Shown piece after piece: positions 44,939 through 53,760 of a stretch of 64,000 nucleotides of DNA. The stretch comes from a virus. Under the pieces are notes generated by a model. It searched no databases and was not told the origin of the DNA. It saw only the letters and a list, made by a program, of their open reading frames with translations. A program made the position numbers and the translations under genes. How positions within the stretch are numbered: the first letter of the stretch is position 1; every line of letters starts with the position of its first letter. The stretch lies in the IMG/VR virus record IMGVR_UViG_3300036800_000175, positions 1 to 64,000 of that record; one strand, 5' to 3'.

Positions 44939-45117
44939 TGCCGCAGCCGCCGGATGACGTCCCCCATGAGGAGGCGCAGCAGCTGGCCCGCATCGCCGCG
45001 GTGACCGATGACCTGGACAGAACCCTGGACGAACTGTTCGTGATCGCGGCTGAGCTGAAAACCATCCTGGCCCGCACAGAGCCTGGCCCTCCCGGCCCAC
45101 TCAAGGAGGCGCCGTGA
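44938..45117 (+). CDS. 59-aa helical hypothetical protein
   Basis: TGATG and GTGA coupling. Confidence 0.55.
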   Translation: MPQPPDDVPHEEAQQLARIAAVTDDLDRTLDELFVIAAELKTILARTEPGPPGPLKEAP

Positions 45118-45587
45118 GCGAGCCAGACCATGACGCGGTCACGGCCGCTGAGGGGCTCACCGTCGCACTCCGGGGGATCCGGGAGGATCTGGCGGGGCTG
45201 CGCGGCGACCTGGAAGCCGCGCGGGTGGCCAGCGAGAAACGGGACGCCCGGCTGGCGAAGGACGCGCGGCGCAGCAGGAACGTCGTCACCGGCCTGATCG
45301 CCTCGTTCTGCGTGGACCTGGCTGTCACCGGCCTGGTCGGCTGGAACACGATCCGGGTCAACGACAGCCAGGACGCAAGCCACGCCAGCGAAATATCGGT
45401 GTGCCGGCAGGCCAACGTGAACCGGCGGGAGGACATCGCGATCTGGAATCGGTTTCTCGATGACATCGCGCCGCCGGACGCGAAGACGACACCGAAGGTG
45501 CGGGTGGAACTGGCGGGGCTCAACCGCCTCATCCGGCTCAAAGACACGCCACGCAACTGTGTGGCCCTGTACAGCAACGGCCCCTGA
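45114..45587 (+). CDS. Single-TM protein
   Basis: RBS AAGGAGG; central TM; two extracytoplasmic Cys. Confidence 0.65.
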   Translation: MSEPDHDAVTAAEGLTVALRGIREDLAGLRGDLEAARVASEKRDARLAKDARRSRNVVTGLIASFCVDLAVTGLVGWNTIRVNDSQDASHASEISVCRQANVNRREDIAIWNRFLDDIAPPDAKTTPKVRVELAGLNRLIRLKDTPRNCVALYSNGP

Positions 45588-45670
45588 CGGTGGCCGGGGA
45601 CTACATGAGCCGGCGGCCTGACTGGCGTGACCGGCTCGACAGTCAACTCACAACGGGGGGAATCGCCGTC

Positions 45671-46039
45671 ATGAACATCATCCGCCGGGAACCGGCTCTG
45701 GTGTGGTCCGGGATGCTGTCCGCCGCCGCGGCGCTGGCCGTGTACTTCACGACCGGGCTGACCCAGGCGCAGCACGCGTCGATCGTCACCGTCGCGGTCG
45801 CGCTCGGCGCCGCGATCGTCGCGATCGACTCCCGGCCGGTGCAGGTACCCATCCTGACCGGGATCATCGGCACGATCCTGGCTGCGCTCGGCGCGTTCGG
45901 GTTGCACATGGACGCCCACATGCAGGCGGAGTTCCTCACCGGCATCGGGATCGTGCTCGGCCTGGTCCTGCGGCTGCACCAGACCCCCGTCACCCCACCG
46001 GCCGTCACCCCACCGGCGGCGGCGCACGCGGCCGGGTGA
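45671..46039 (+). CDS. Holin candidate
   Basis: REPALV..; four short TMs; C-terminal TPV; upstream of endolysin. Confidence 0.7.
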   Translation: MNIIRREPALVWSGMLSAAAALAVYFTTGLTQAQHASIVTVAVALGAAIVAIDSRPVQVPILTGIIGTILAALGAFGLHMDAHMQAEFLTGIGIVLGLVLRLHQTPVTPPAVTPPAAAHAAG

Positions 46040-46344
46040 CCGGCTGGCTGGGGCACTGGCTCGGCCTCGACAACGTCGCGGGCCAAATCTACGCCTGGTG
46101 GTCCGGCAGCGGGTCGGTGATCCTCCCGTGGATCCTGAACTCCCTCACGGTCGCGGCCCTGTTCTGGTGGCACCACCAGTGCCACGTCTCCGGGTGCTGG
46201 TGGTATGCCCGCCGCACCACGGCGGCCGGTGAACGCGCCTGCTGGCGCCACCATCCCCATCCGCGGCGGACCGCCGCGGATCTGCTCACCGCGCATCACG
46301 CCGCTATCCGCGCCGGCACCAACACGAACGGAGGCGCACCGTGA
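46036..46344 (+). CDS. Membrane protein with Cys/His cluster
   Basis: YAWWSG.GS, HQCHVSGCW, CWRHHP. Confidence 0.65.
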   Translation: MTGWLGHWLGLDNVAGQIYAWWSGSGSVILPWILNSLTVAALFWWHHQCHVSGCWWYARRTTAAGERACWRHHPHPRRTAADLLTAHHAAIRAGTNTNGGAP

Positions 46345-47189
46345 CCCTTGCAGGTGTTGACGTGGCGGTCTACCAGGGGACACCCGGCAGCTGGCGGGCG
46401 GAGGCAGGCGCGATCGCGTGGGCCGGGGTGAAGATCAGCGAACTGTCATCCGCCGGGCCCTACATTTCCCCGGACGCCGCGGCGGACTGGGCGTATCTCA
46501 AGGCCCACGGCAAAGGCCGGGTCGGCTACCTGTTCGGTCACCCCGCCACCGGCCCGGCGGCGACGGTCAGCCTGTTCGCGGATGAGCTCGCCCGCCTCGG
46601 CCTGGACGACGGCGACGGCATCGCGCTGGACCTCGAGCAATCCGACGGGCTGCCGCCCGGCCATGTGGCCACCTGGGCGGGGCAGGTCATGGCACAGCTT
46701 GAGCATGTGCTGCACCGGACCCCGCTGCTGTACACCTTCCTCAGCTTCGCCCAGGGCGGGAACTGTGCCGGGCTCGGCCGGTACCCGCTGTGGATCGCGG
46801 ACCCGTCCAGCCCGGCCGGCCACCCGCGGGTACCGGGCCCGTGGTCGGGGTGGGCGATCCACCAGCATTCGATCACCGGCAGCATCGACCGGGACGTCGC
46901 CGCCTGGGCCACGATGGCCGCGATGCGCGGCGAGCTCGGGAAGAAAGGAACCGCCGTGGCAGGGCAGACGATCGACTGGAAGGCTGCGGGCAGCAGCAAG
47001 ACGCTCGCGGAGCTGGCCGCGGACCGGAAGGTGGGGCCGTCCACGATCCTGCGGCTGACAGCGCAGCACGGGGCGGGGGGGAAGTTCCCCGGCCCGGTCG
47101 CGGCGTGGCTGGACGCGGTATTCACTGGGACGACGGCACCGTCGGCGCCGATCCCCGCGGATGTGGTGCTGCGGGTGCCTGCCAGCTGA
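46341..47189 (+). CDS. Endolysin, GH25 muramidase
   Basis: GVDVAVYQG, GYLF, ALDLE, PLWIA, W.IHQ, IDRD. Confidence 0.9.
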   Translation: MTLAGVDVAVYQGTPGSWRAEAGAIAWAGVKISELSSAGPYISPDAAADWAYLKAHGKGRVGYLFGHPATGPAATVSLFADELARLGLDDGDGIALDLEQSDGLPPGHVATWAGQVMAQLEHVLHRTPLLYTFLSFAQGGNCAGLGRYPLWIADPSSPAGHPRVPGPWSGWAIHQHSITGSIDRDVAAWATMAAMRGELGKKGTAVAGQTIDWKAAGSSKTLAELAADRKVGPSTILRLTAQHGAGGKFPGPVAAWLDAVFTGTTAPSAPIPADVVLRVPAS

Positions 47190-47328
47190 AACGCGCGGTG
47201 GGCGGCGTGCGGGGCCTTGCGCGACGGAACTCGGCAGCCGGCTTCACCAGGCTCCGACGAACAACCCTTGCTCCCCGCACGCCGCTTCGGGACAGTCTGG
47301 CCCGTCTCGTCCGCATTGTCTACCTGGT

Positions 47329-47345
47329 CTGTGACTAACGGTCAC
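47329..47345. promoter_or_regulatory. Palindrome TGTGAC-N5-GTCACA upstream of the GntR gene (candidate operator)
   Basis: Perfect inverted repeat in AT-richer intergenic DNA. Confidence 0.45.
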
Positions 47346-47416
47346 AATGGTATGTGTGGCTGATACGGGTGATACCCGGGGTACAGGTGTGACGGGCCCG
47401 GTCGTAACGTTGGGTC

Positions 47417-47668
47417 ATGTCCGGGGAGATCGACCGTTGGAGCGAGACGCCCTACAAGGAGCAGCTCGCCGGGTTCATCCGCGCCCAGATCCAGGCCGGT
47501 GACCTGCAACCGGGCCAGCAACTCCCCAGCGAACAGCACCTCATGGCCACCTACCAGCTATCCCGGTCCACCGTCCGCGGTGCCCTTGAGCTACTCCGCG
47601 GCGGCGGATGGATCGAAACCCACCGTCGGCGCGGGTCACGCGTCAGCCAGAACCCGCCGCCCCGCTAG
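47417..47668 (+). CDS. GntR-family winged-HTH regulator, DNA-binding domain only
   Basis: PYKEQLA..IR..I..G.L.PG..LPSE..L...SRSTVR.AL; TAACGT 5 nt before ATG suggests a leaderless mRNA. Confidence 0.9.
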   Translation: MSGEIDRWSETPYKEQLAGFIRAQIQAGDLQPGQQLPSEQHLMATYQLSRSTVRGALELLRGGGWIETHRRRGSRVSQNPPPR

Positions 47669-47675
47669 CGGCCGC

Positions 47676-47727
47676 AAAAGCAAAGAGCCCCCGGCAGCGT
47701 TCGCGCTGCCGGGGGCTCCCCTTTTTG
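47676..47727. terminator. Bidirectional intrinsic terminator
   Basis: 15-bp stem GAGCCCCCGGCAGCG-TTCG-CGCTGCCGGGGGCTC flanked by A and T tracts. Confidence 0.85.
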
Positions 47728-47739
47728 CATGTGCTGGGG

Positions 47740-47919
47740 TCAGCCGTGGAACATGTCCGGGGACGCCCCGTGGTACATGTCCGGGGACGCCGCCGCCACG
47801 ACCGGGGCGGAGTTCGCGGTGGCGACGATCGACGGGACCGCCACGGCGGCACCGGAACTGATGGTGCCGGCCACGATCATTGTGGCGGCGAACTTTCTCG
47901 GGATGCGGGTGATTCTCAT
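47740..47919 (-). CDS. 59-aa secreted peptide precursor with tandem C-terminal cores ASPDMYHG-ASPDMFHG
   Basis: Manual translation MRITRIPRKFAATMIVAGTISSGAAVAVPSIVATANSAPVVAAASPDMYHGASPDMFHG*; RBS GGAAGGA; terminator follows. Confidence 0.8.
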   Translation of the reverse strand: MRITRIPRKFAATMIVAGTISSGAAVAVPSIVATANSAPVVAAASPDMYHGASPDMFHG

Positions 47920-47962
47920 CGGGCGGGTTTCCTTCCATCGGGGGGGCCTTCAACGTCGGGGA

Positions 47963-48343
47963 TCATGAGACGGGCCACTGCGGTTCCACCAGCGCAGCCA
48001 GCTGGGTGAGCCTGCTGCGGCCCATGAGCGACGGCAGCCCGGTGCCCTCAGCGCGGCATGAGTTGGTGGTGATCTGCCAGGTGCTGCCGAGGTACTCACC
48101 GTCGGCTTTGCTCACCGCGGCAACCCCCGCCTCAGGGGCCAGTTCCCGGGCGATGCTCAGCAGGTCAAGGCCCTTGTCGCGGTCACCGAAAATCAGGGTG
48201 AGGATGTCACCCTTGCCGTCGTTGAAATTGATCGCGGCCACATCAATAGGCCGCTCAGCGGTCTCCGACCACCACAGCGGGCAGACACGCGCCAGACGCG
48301 TAAGGGTGCGGTAGACGCTTGCGTCAGCGTCCTGAAAAAGCAT
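47963..48343 (-). CDS. Hypothetical cytoplasmic protein upstream of the peptide gene
   Basis: RBS GGGGAG; promoter-like TAGACG-18-TAGGGT at ~48380-48409. Confidence 0.7.
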   Translation of the reverse strand: MLFQDADASVYRTLTRLARVCPLWWSETAERPIDVAAINFNDGKGDILTLIFGDRDKGLDLLSIARELAPEAGVAAVSKADGEYLGSTWQITTNSCRAEGTGLPSLMGRSRLTQLAALVEPQWPVS

Positions 48344-48557
48344 CGGCTTCTCCCCGTTGCTCCTGTGTGTCTGGCTGGTACCCTACGTCTGCTTAGTACG
48401 ATCCGTCTAGGTCCCCGGCGGGTACCGCAGGCTGGCTTCCGGAACGTGACCGCGGAGGTGGGGGGGGGCCAGCTGAATCCGGTTACCCGCCGGGTTGCTT
48501 AGCGGGTTAGCGTGAAGCAACGGCTTGACCTGAGTCGTTGTTCAAGGGATTGCGCAG

Positions 48558-48600
48558 GAACGCCGCCCGGCCCCCGCAGCGGGGGGCCGGGCGGCGTTCT
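48558..48600. terminator. Long GC hairpin ending a leftward operon
   Basis: GAACGCCGCCCGGCCCCC / GGGGGCCGGGCGGCGTTC. Confidence 0.7.
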
Positions 48601-48604
48601 TCTG

Positions 48605-48832
48605 CTATGCGCGGGGTACGGCGCCGGGGAGGGCGAGCGCGGCGCGGATCAGCGCCCACGGGCCGTCGCCGTAGCGGTGCCACACGGTGCCGACATCGGT
48701 CGTGTCCCGGGTGACCAGGTACGTGCTGACCGTGCCGGGCGGCAGGCCACTGGTTTCGGTGTTGCTGGTCCGGCGGATCACCAGCGTGCCGATCCGCTCA
48801 TCGTTGACCATGAGCGGGAACCACAGGCTCAC
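48605..48832 (-). CDS. Hypothetical protein
   Basis: Coupled in operon. Confidence 0.6.
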   Translation of the reverse strand: MSLWFPLMVNDERIGTLVIRRTSNTETSGLPPGTVSTYLVTRDTTDVGTVWHRYGDGPWALIRAALALPGAVPRA

Positions 48833-49293
48833 GGGGAGTCCTGGTCGCTGGTTTCCGGCGTGGCCCCCGATTCCGCGCCGGAAACCAGCTGATCCCAGTC
48901 CACCACCACCGCTGGATCCAGGTCCGGCACCTCACCGGCGATGACGTCGCGGGCCGCGCCGGGGCCGAGCCGCTCGAGCACGGCGGCGAGCGCCCGGTCA
49001 TGCCCGGCGTTCGCAGCCGCTACGGTGGCGTACCGCTCCTGATAGTCGTCCAGGTCGTCATCGCCGCCGATGTGGACGTCACCGGGCGCGAAGATCATCG
49101 TCTCAAAGATGATCGGCACGGTGGATCCCCAGCCGTGGTCGATGCCGAGCCACACGGTAGAGATCGTCCAGCCGCGCACATGATGGACCGCGACCCGCAG
49201 ATACTCAAGATCCCCATGCTTGACCGCCCATTCCTCGGGCTCAATGGGCTGCCCATCGCGGTCGTAGAACAGGTGGTACCGGCCGTAGAACAC
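48829..49293 (-). CDS. Phage hypothetical protein (STVWLGIDH..FETMIF type)
   Basis: Motif recognisable from other phages. Confidence 0.7.
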   Translation of the reverse strand: MFYGRYHLFYDRDGQPIEPEEWAVKHGDLEYLRVAVHHVRGWTISTVWLGIDHGWGSTVPIIFETMIFAPGDVHIGGDDDLDDYQERYATVAAANAGHDRALAAVLERLGPGAARDVIAGEVPDLDPAVVVDWDQLVSGAESGATPETSDQDSP

Positions 49294-49299
49294 GGGAGG

Positions 49300-49797
49300 T
49301 CAGCCGACCGTGGCCACGGCCGCCGCGAGCGTGGCGAGCGTGGCGCAGGTGCTCTTGACGTAGCCGGCGTCCCGGTACGCCTCGCCGCCCATCCGGATCG
49401 GCTCCCAGCCGTACTCGGCTGCGTCGTGGGCATCCTGGCCGGGCATGACGTCCCAGGTGCCGGCGCAATGGAATCCCAGCCACCACACCCGGTCGGGCTC
49501 GCCCGGGCCGGGGACGTGGCAGATGGTGCGGTCCTCCGGGCCCGGCTCGCACAACCCGGAATAGGTCAGTTCCCGGTCGCCGGCCCACAGGGGAATTGAG
49601 TCGCAGGGCGCCTCAAACCAGGGGTGGCCTTCGGGGACGCCGACGTAGCCGCACAGCGCACCGGACCGGGGGTTGCGTTTCAGCAGGCACGGCAGGCCGG
49701 TGGACTCATCGGCCCACTGTTCCTTGTCGGGCTCACCCATCCACGGGCCGGGTGCCCAGCTGGTTTTGTCGATCGTGGTCCACGTCCGGTTATCCAC
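49300..49797 (-). CDS. Phage hypothetical protein (CGYVGVPxGHP..LTY..WWLGFxC type)
   Basis: Motif recognisable from other phages. Confidence 0.75.
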   Translation of the reverse strand: MDNRTWTTIDKTSWAPGPWMGEPDKEQWADESTGLPCLLKRNPRSGALCGYVGVPEGHPWFEAPCDSIPLWAGDRELTYSGLCEPGPEDRTICHVPGPGEPDRVWWLGFHCAGTWDVMPGQDAHDAAEYGWEPIRMGGEAYRDAGYVKSTCATLATLAAAVATVG

Positions 49798-49934
49798 CGC
49801 CGGAGCCTCCCCCCGTCTGCGGCGTCTGGCGGAGCCTGCCTACGGGAAAGTCAGCGATGAAGTTACCCGCAGGCAGGTCCGGTTAACTCAATGTAGCGGG
49901 AGGGTGGGGGGCGTGCCCAGCGGAAACGCCAACG

Positions 49935-50153
49935 TCAGCGACGGCGGGCGCGGCGGCGGCGATCCGTCTCAGCGTGCGCGGCCAGCAGGCCGTACACGGC
50001 CAGGAAGACGATCAGCGCGGCCAGGACGGTGATGAGGACGCCCAGCCACAGGGCGGCGATCCACGCCCAGGTGACGCCACCGGCGGCGAAGATGATCAGG
50101 TACAGCCAGCCCGCGCCGGCGACGCGGCGGCGGCGGCGGATGCATGCTCTCAC
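49935..50153 (-). CDS. Small two-TM protein, possibly leaderless
   Basis: Hydrophobic; GTG ~8 nt from the -10 of promoter copy 8. Confidence 0.55.
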   Translation of the reverse strand: MRACIRRRRRVAGAGWLYLIIFAAGGVTWAWIAALWLGVLITVLAALIVFLAVYGLLAAHAETDRRRRARRR

Positions 50154-50160
50154 AGCCCCC

Positions 50161-50189
50161 ACTATACCCGGTCAAGTTGACCACGTCTA
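50161..50189 (-). promoter_or_regulatory. Promoter/operator copy 8 (TAGACG-17-TATAGT)
   Basis: Perfect GGTCAA-G-TTGACC palindrome. Confidence 0.8.
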
Positions 50190-50390
50190 AAACGGCCAAC
50201 ACGGCAACCGGGCGGGCGGACATATCCGAAAATACAGGAGGGGCCAGGGCGGCGGATGCGCATATCCGTCTTCGCCCGCCCTGGCCCCGCCTGCCCCCCC
50301 CGATCAGGACGCACCACCCCGTGCCCGGGTAATGCGACGCCCAGCGTACGGCAAACGATTACATCCCGCGCCCCTGAGATTACGGATCCT

Positions 50391-51011
50391 TTAACGTGAC
50401 GGCCTGCCGCGCACCCCGGCCGTATCGCGGCGGCCACCACCGCCGAACCCGGCGGGCAGCGGCGCGCTGCGGGACACCACCGCCCGGAACATCGTCATCA
50501 GGGCATCCGGGACGTCACCTTCCAGGCCTTCGACGCGCTGCGTGTCGATCCTGTCCTGGCCGCGGGTCTGGAACGCGGTGAACATGCCCATGCGGGTCAT
50601 CGCCCACACGGTCCGCTGCTCAACCCGGCCCGGGTGAGCGTACAACCTGCGGCGGTGGGCGGCGCGCTGCGCCCGCCGGACCGCGGCCTCATCGCTGACC
50701 GGGGTGGCGACCGTCCATGTTTCGCAGCGGAACACCACGCCGTGGAACGATTCCGGGGCGAGGGCGACCAGCGCCTCACGGTACGGCGGTTCAGTCATGT
50801 TCCGGGCCAGGCCGGCCAGCACCTGCGCCGGCGGCCCTGACGCCCACACGCACTCCGGGACCAGCGACCGCCCGGAAATCCGGATCCGGCTGCCGTCGTC
50901 GTTGTACATGAAATGCAGGGCGGGTGGCTCATCCCACGCGCGGCGGGCCCGCAGCAGGTCCGCGAGCGCCATGCTGGTCAGGTCGGCCAGCGCCTGGCGG
51001 GACAGTTCCAT
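50391..51011 (-). CDS. Hypothetical protein, distant paralog of 55879..56415
   Basis: WDxP, E.W/H.V, R.L/F...P...E..W pattern. Confidence 0.65.
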   Translation of the reverse strand: MELSRQALADLTSMALADLLRARRAWDEPPALHFMYNDDGSRIRISGRSLVPECVWASGPPAQVLAGLARNMTEPPYREALVALAPESFHGVVFRCETWTVATPVSDEAAVRRAQRAAHRRRLYAHPGRVEQRTVWAMTRMGMFTAFQTRGQDRIDTQRVEGLEGDVPDALMTMFRAVVSRSAPLPAGFGGGGRRDTAGVRGRPSR

Positions 51012-51012
51012 G

Positions 51013-51276
51013 TCAGCCGATGCTCCCCGTGCACGGCTGGGCGGCGAGCTGCTCACTGTAGGCCTGCTCACATTTGAAACAGCCGGTCCCGCCGAAACCG
51101 ATCATGTTTTCCACGTCCAGCAGCATCGACGTGTCGTCCCGGGTGCGCGGGTCGGGGATCCGCCACACGGCGGTCACGCACCACAGATGCTCAGCAGGCC
51201 CGTCCGCGACGGCCAGCCGGGCCAGCAGCGTGCCCCCGTCGGGCGGGTTGTAGGTGCTGTCCAGCCCCCTGATCAT
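51013..51276 (-). CDS. Hypothetical protein
   Basis: HLW..CFKCE..C. Confidence 0.6.
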   Translation of the reverse strand: MIRGLDSTYNPPDGGTLLARLAVADGPAEHLWCVTAVWRIPDPRTRDDTSMLLDVENMIGFGGTGCFKCEQAYSEQLAAQPCTGSIG

Positions 51277-51592
51277 GTGGCGTCGTCCCACGCCTGCATG
51301 GCGTCTTTCAGGCTGTCCGCGATGCGCCGGCCGCCGCTCGAGCGGAGCCGCAACGCGAACACCGGGCACAGTTGCGCGGCGAGATCCTTCCCCGCGTACG
51401 TCATCGCGGTCACCAGCGTCGCGACCGGCATGGCGTCGTCTGAGCGCTGGATCCCGAACGCCGGCACGCTGGACTCGCGGAGCCGGGCGGGGACACGCAC
51501 ATCCGGTCCCAAGGGCAGGTCGTGCAGAGCATGGCCGGGTCGGAGCCTTCGGCCAGTGCCTTCGACGCCGCCTCATAGTTACCCACACACAC
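51273..51592 (-). pseudogene. Apparently frameshifted gene
   Basis: N-half (..LCTTCPWDRMCVSPP) and C-half (..MPVATLVTAMTYAGKD..LCPVFALRL) are in different frames near 51485. Confidence 0.5.
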
Positions 51593-51614
51593 CCCCAGTT
51601 ACGTTAAGCGAGGG

Positions 51615-51893
51615 CTATGTTACCGCGCGTCCCTCCCCGGCCGCGGGATCTCCGGTCAGCGACTTGAGCAGCACCCGGAACCCGTCGCTCTTGGCCTGGC
51701 ACGCCAGATGCCAGCCGCAGCGGCCCCGGGTCGCAGCCCGGCACGCGTCGCAGGTCAGGGCTTCCTGCGTGGTGTCCCACGTTGCGATGGATTCCTCAAG
51801 GGATTCCAGGACCTGCGGGAGGGCGTCCCCGGCGACGATGATCGGCACGTTGCGGCCGCGGACGATGACCGTCTGCTCGATGACTGCGGTCAC
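51615..51893 (-). CDS. Hypothetical protein
   Basis: RBS GGGAG; CDAC..CGWH. Confidence 0.6.
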   Translation of the reverse strand: MTAVIEQTVIVRGRNVPIIVAGDALPQVLESLEESIATWDTTQEALTCDACRAATRGRCGWHLACQAKSDGFRVLLKSLTGDPAAGEGRAVT

Positions 51894-52258
51894 GGCGTTT
51901 CTCCCTACGGCGGGGGGGACTGCGTTTCCAACGATGCCGTAAATGGGCGAAACCGGCCAGCGACACGCTCTGAACAGGGACGGTGCCGGCGTGTCATGCA
52001 GGTATCCGCAGGCACCTTAGGCTAGGCGACACGCCGCAACGGCGGACACACTGCACGCAACGGTGCCGGCGATGGCAGGATGACCGGTCAAACCCGGCTG
52101 CCAACCTGGCGAACGAACACCGGAGGTTACCCAGGAAAAAAACAAGGCCCGCACGAGGCGGGCCCACACACAACTCCACACAGATCCGGGATCCAGCTAG
52201 CTAGTTAGCTTGGCGGCGACGACCTAGCAGGAACCCATCCGAGCAACCGAGGGCTACT

Positions 52259-53179
52259 ATACGCGAAGCCGACTCGGCTGGTAGCCCTGCGCCCGATTTT
52301 CAGCGTGTCGGTTCCCGGCCGGGCACCCCTGTTCCTGCAACCTCCCAGGCCAGATGGCTGCGCCTGGCGGAGGCCTTCGCCGGCGACGCCCGCGCCGAGC
52401 TCCGCGCCGACGCAGCCGCGAACCTGCTGCGCGTCGCCCGGGCGGTCGGGTGGGCCGCCGACTGGCAGACCCTCCGGACCCGGCCGACGCTCGCCGCGCT
52501 GACCGGACGCACGGGGCTCGCCCGGCGCACCGTGCAACGGTGGCTCCGCGTCCTCGAGGACGCCGGGCTGCTCGAGGTCCTCGAACCCGGCACCACTCCC
52601 CGATTCCGGCCCGCGATCCTGCACCGCGGCGAACCAAACCTCGCGCGGGAGTGGGTTCTCACCGACCCGGATGCTGAGCCTGTGGACGGATCTGGCACCC
52701 CCTCGGGTCCTGTTACCTGTAACAGGACCCAGGGAATCGCCCCTACGCAGGCGCGCGAGGCCGGGGACACTGCGAAACCCGGAAAATCGCGCCAGCGGCG
52801 CGGGTGGCTGACGATCTGCCAGACGCTGCGGGCTCAGAATCCGAACCTGCGGCGCATCCCCGTGCTGCTGCTGCGGCACATCCTGCGGCCGTGGCTCACC
52901 GCCGGGTACACCGCGGGCGATGTGGTGCACGCCCTGGACTGGCGGGCCGACGGCGGCGAGCATTTCTGCACCGACCGGGTCCGGTTCCCGGCCGGGTGGC
53001 TCCGGTCCCGGATGGCCTGCTGGGCTGGCCCCGACGGGGCACCGCTCCCCCCGTGGTCGGCTGTGCTGGCCAGCCGGCACGCCACTGAGCGGGCGCAGGT
53101 GTACCGGGCTCCGGCCGGGCGTGGCAGCGAGCCTCCGGCCGCCTGGCACGCCGCCCGTGCAGCCATGGGTGCCCGGTGA
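52259..53179 (+). CDS. Plasmid-type replication initiator (wHTH RepA-like), probable non-canonical ATA start
   Basis: ADWQTLRTRPTLAALTGRTGLARRTVQRWLRVLEDAGLL HTH extends upstream of the first GTG (52532); PW..AG.T..DV.HALD, VRFPAGWL..R. Confidence 0.7.
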   Translation: MREADSAGSPAPDFQRVGSRPGTPVPATSQARWLRLAEAFAGDARAELRADAAANLLRVARAVGWAADWQTLRTRPTLAALTGRTGLARRTVQRWLRVLEDAGLLEVLEPGTTPRFRPAILHRGEPNLAREWVLTDPDAEPVDGSGTPSGPVTCNRTQGIAPTQAREAGDTAKPGKSRQRRGWLTICQTLRAQNPNLRRIPVLLLRHILRPWLTAGYTAGDVVHALDWRADGGEHFCTDRVRFPAGWLRSRMACWAGPDGAPLPPWSAVLASRHATERAQVYRAPAGRGSEPPAAWHAARAAMGAR

Positions 53180-53334
53180 CCCGCCCGGCCAGGCCCGGAA
53201 GGGAGCGTGCCCGGGCGGGCGCGCGGGCACGCGCCCGCGCGTATACATCCCCGCGCACCCAGGCGCAAGGGCGCGGGGCATGTCGCGGACGGGCCCCCGC
53301 ACGCACAGGAATGCGGGGGCCCGTGCTGGCGCGC

Positions 53335-53760
53335 TCATCCCCCAGCGGGATCGCGCGGCGGGACGTCCACGTCCGCGTCAGCGGCCGCGGCCGTCAGCAG
53401 GCGCTCACCTGCGCCCGCTGCCCGTGCGTCCGCGCATAGGCGCACCCATTCGGCGGTGGCCGCTTCCGCGCGGTCCCGTGCGGCGGCGGCGGCCCGCGCT
53501 GTCGTGCCGAGCTCCCGGCGCCAGCGCCGCTCTAGGCGCTCATCCATGCGGGCGGGGGCCGGTGGGGGAGTGGGCGCGGGAACGGCCGCGAGCGGCGGCG
53601 CTGTAGCGGCTGCGGGCGCTGCGGGCTGATCTGGTGCGGTAGCAGGGGGGTGGCTGCCCGGCGCGGCAGGGGCCGCCTCAGCGCCGTCGCCCAGCTTGGC
53701 GGTGCCGATCTTCCCGAACGCTGCCTCTGCGGCCGCACCGGCGCGCTGGCGGGCCATCAC
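53335..53760 (-). CDS. Putative partition adaptor (ParA partner)
   Basis: Coupled directly downstream of parA; flexible N-terminus, helical C-terminus. Confidence 0.5.
   Translation of the reverse strand: MMARQRAGAAAEAAFGKIGTAKLGDGAEAAPAAPGSHPPATAPDQPAAPAAATAPPLAAVPAPTPPPAPARMDERLERRWRRELGTTARAAAAARDRAEAATAEWVRLCADARAAGAGERLLTAAAADADVDVPPRDPAGG

Noticed and set aside
21219-47125. Many long minus-strand ORFs opposite structural genes
   Set aside because: Shadow ORFs expected at high GC, with no recognisable motifs
47740-47790. MYH core as a biarylitide or other RiPP precursor
   Set aside because: Motif is not MxYxH, no P450 or other maturase was recognised nearby, and the leader looks like a Sec signal; not fully excluded
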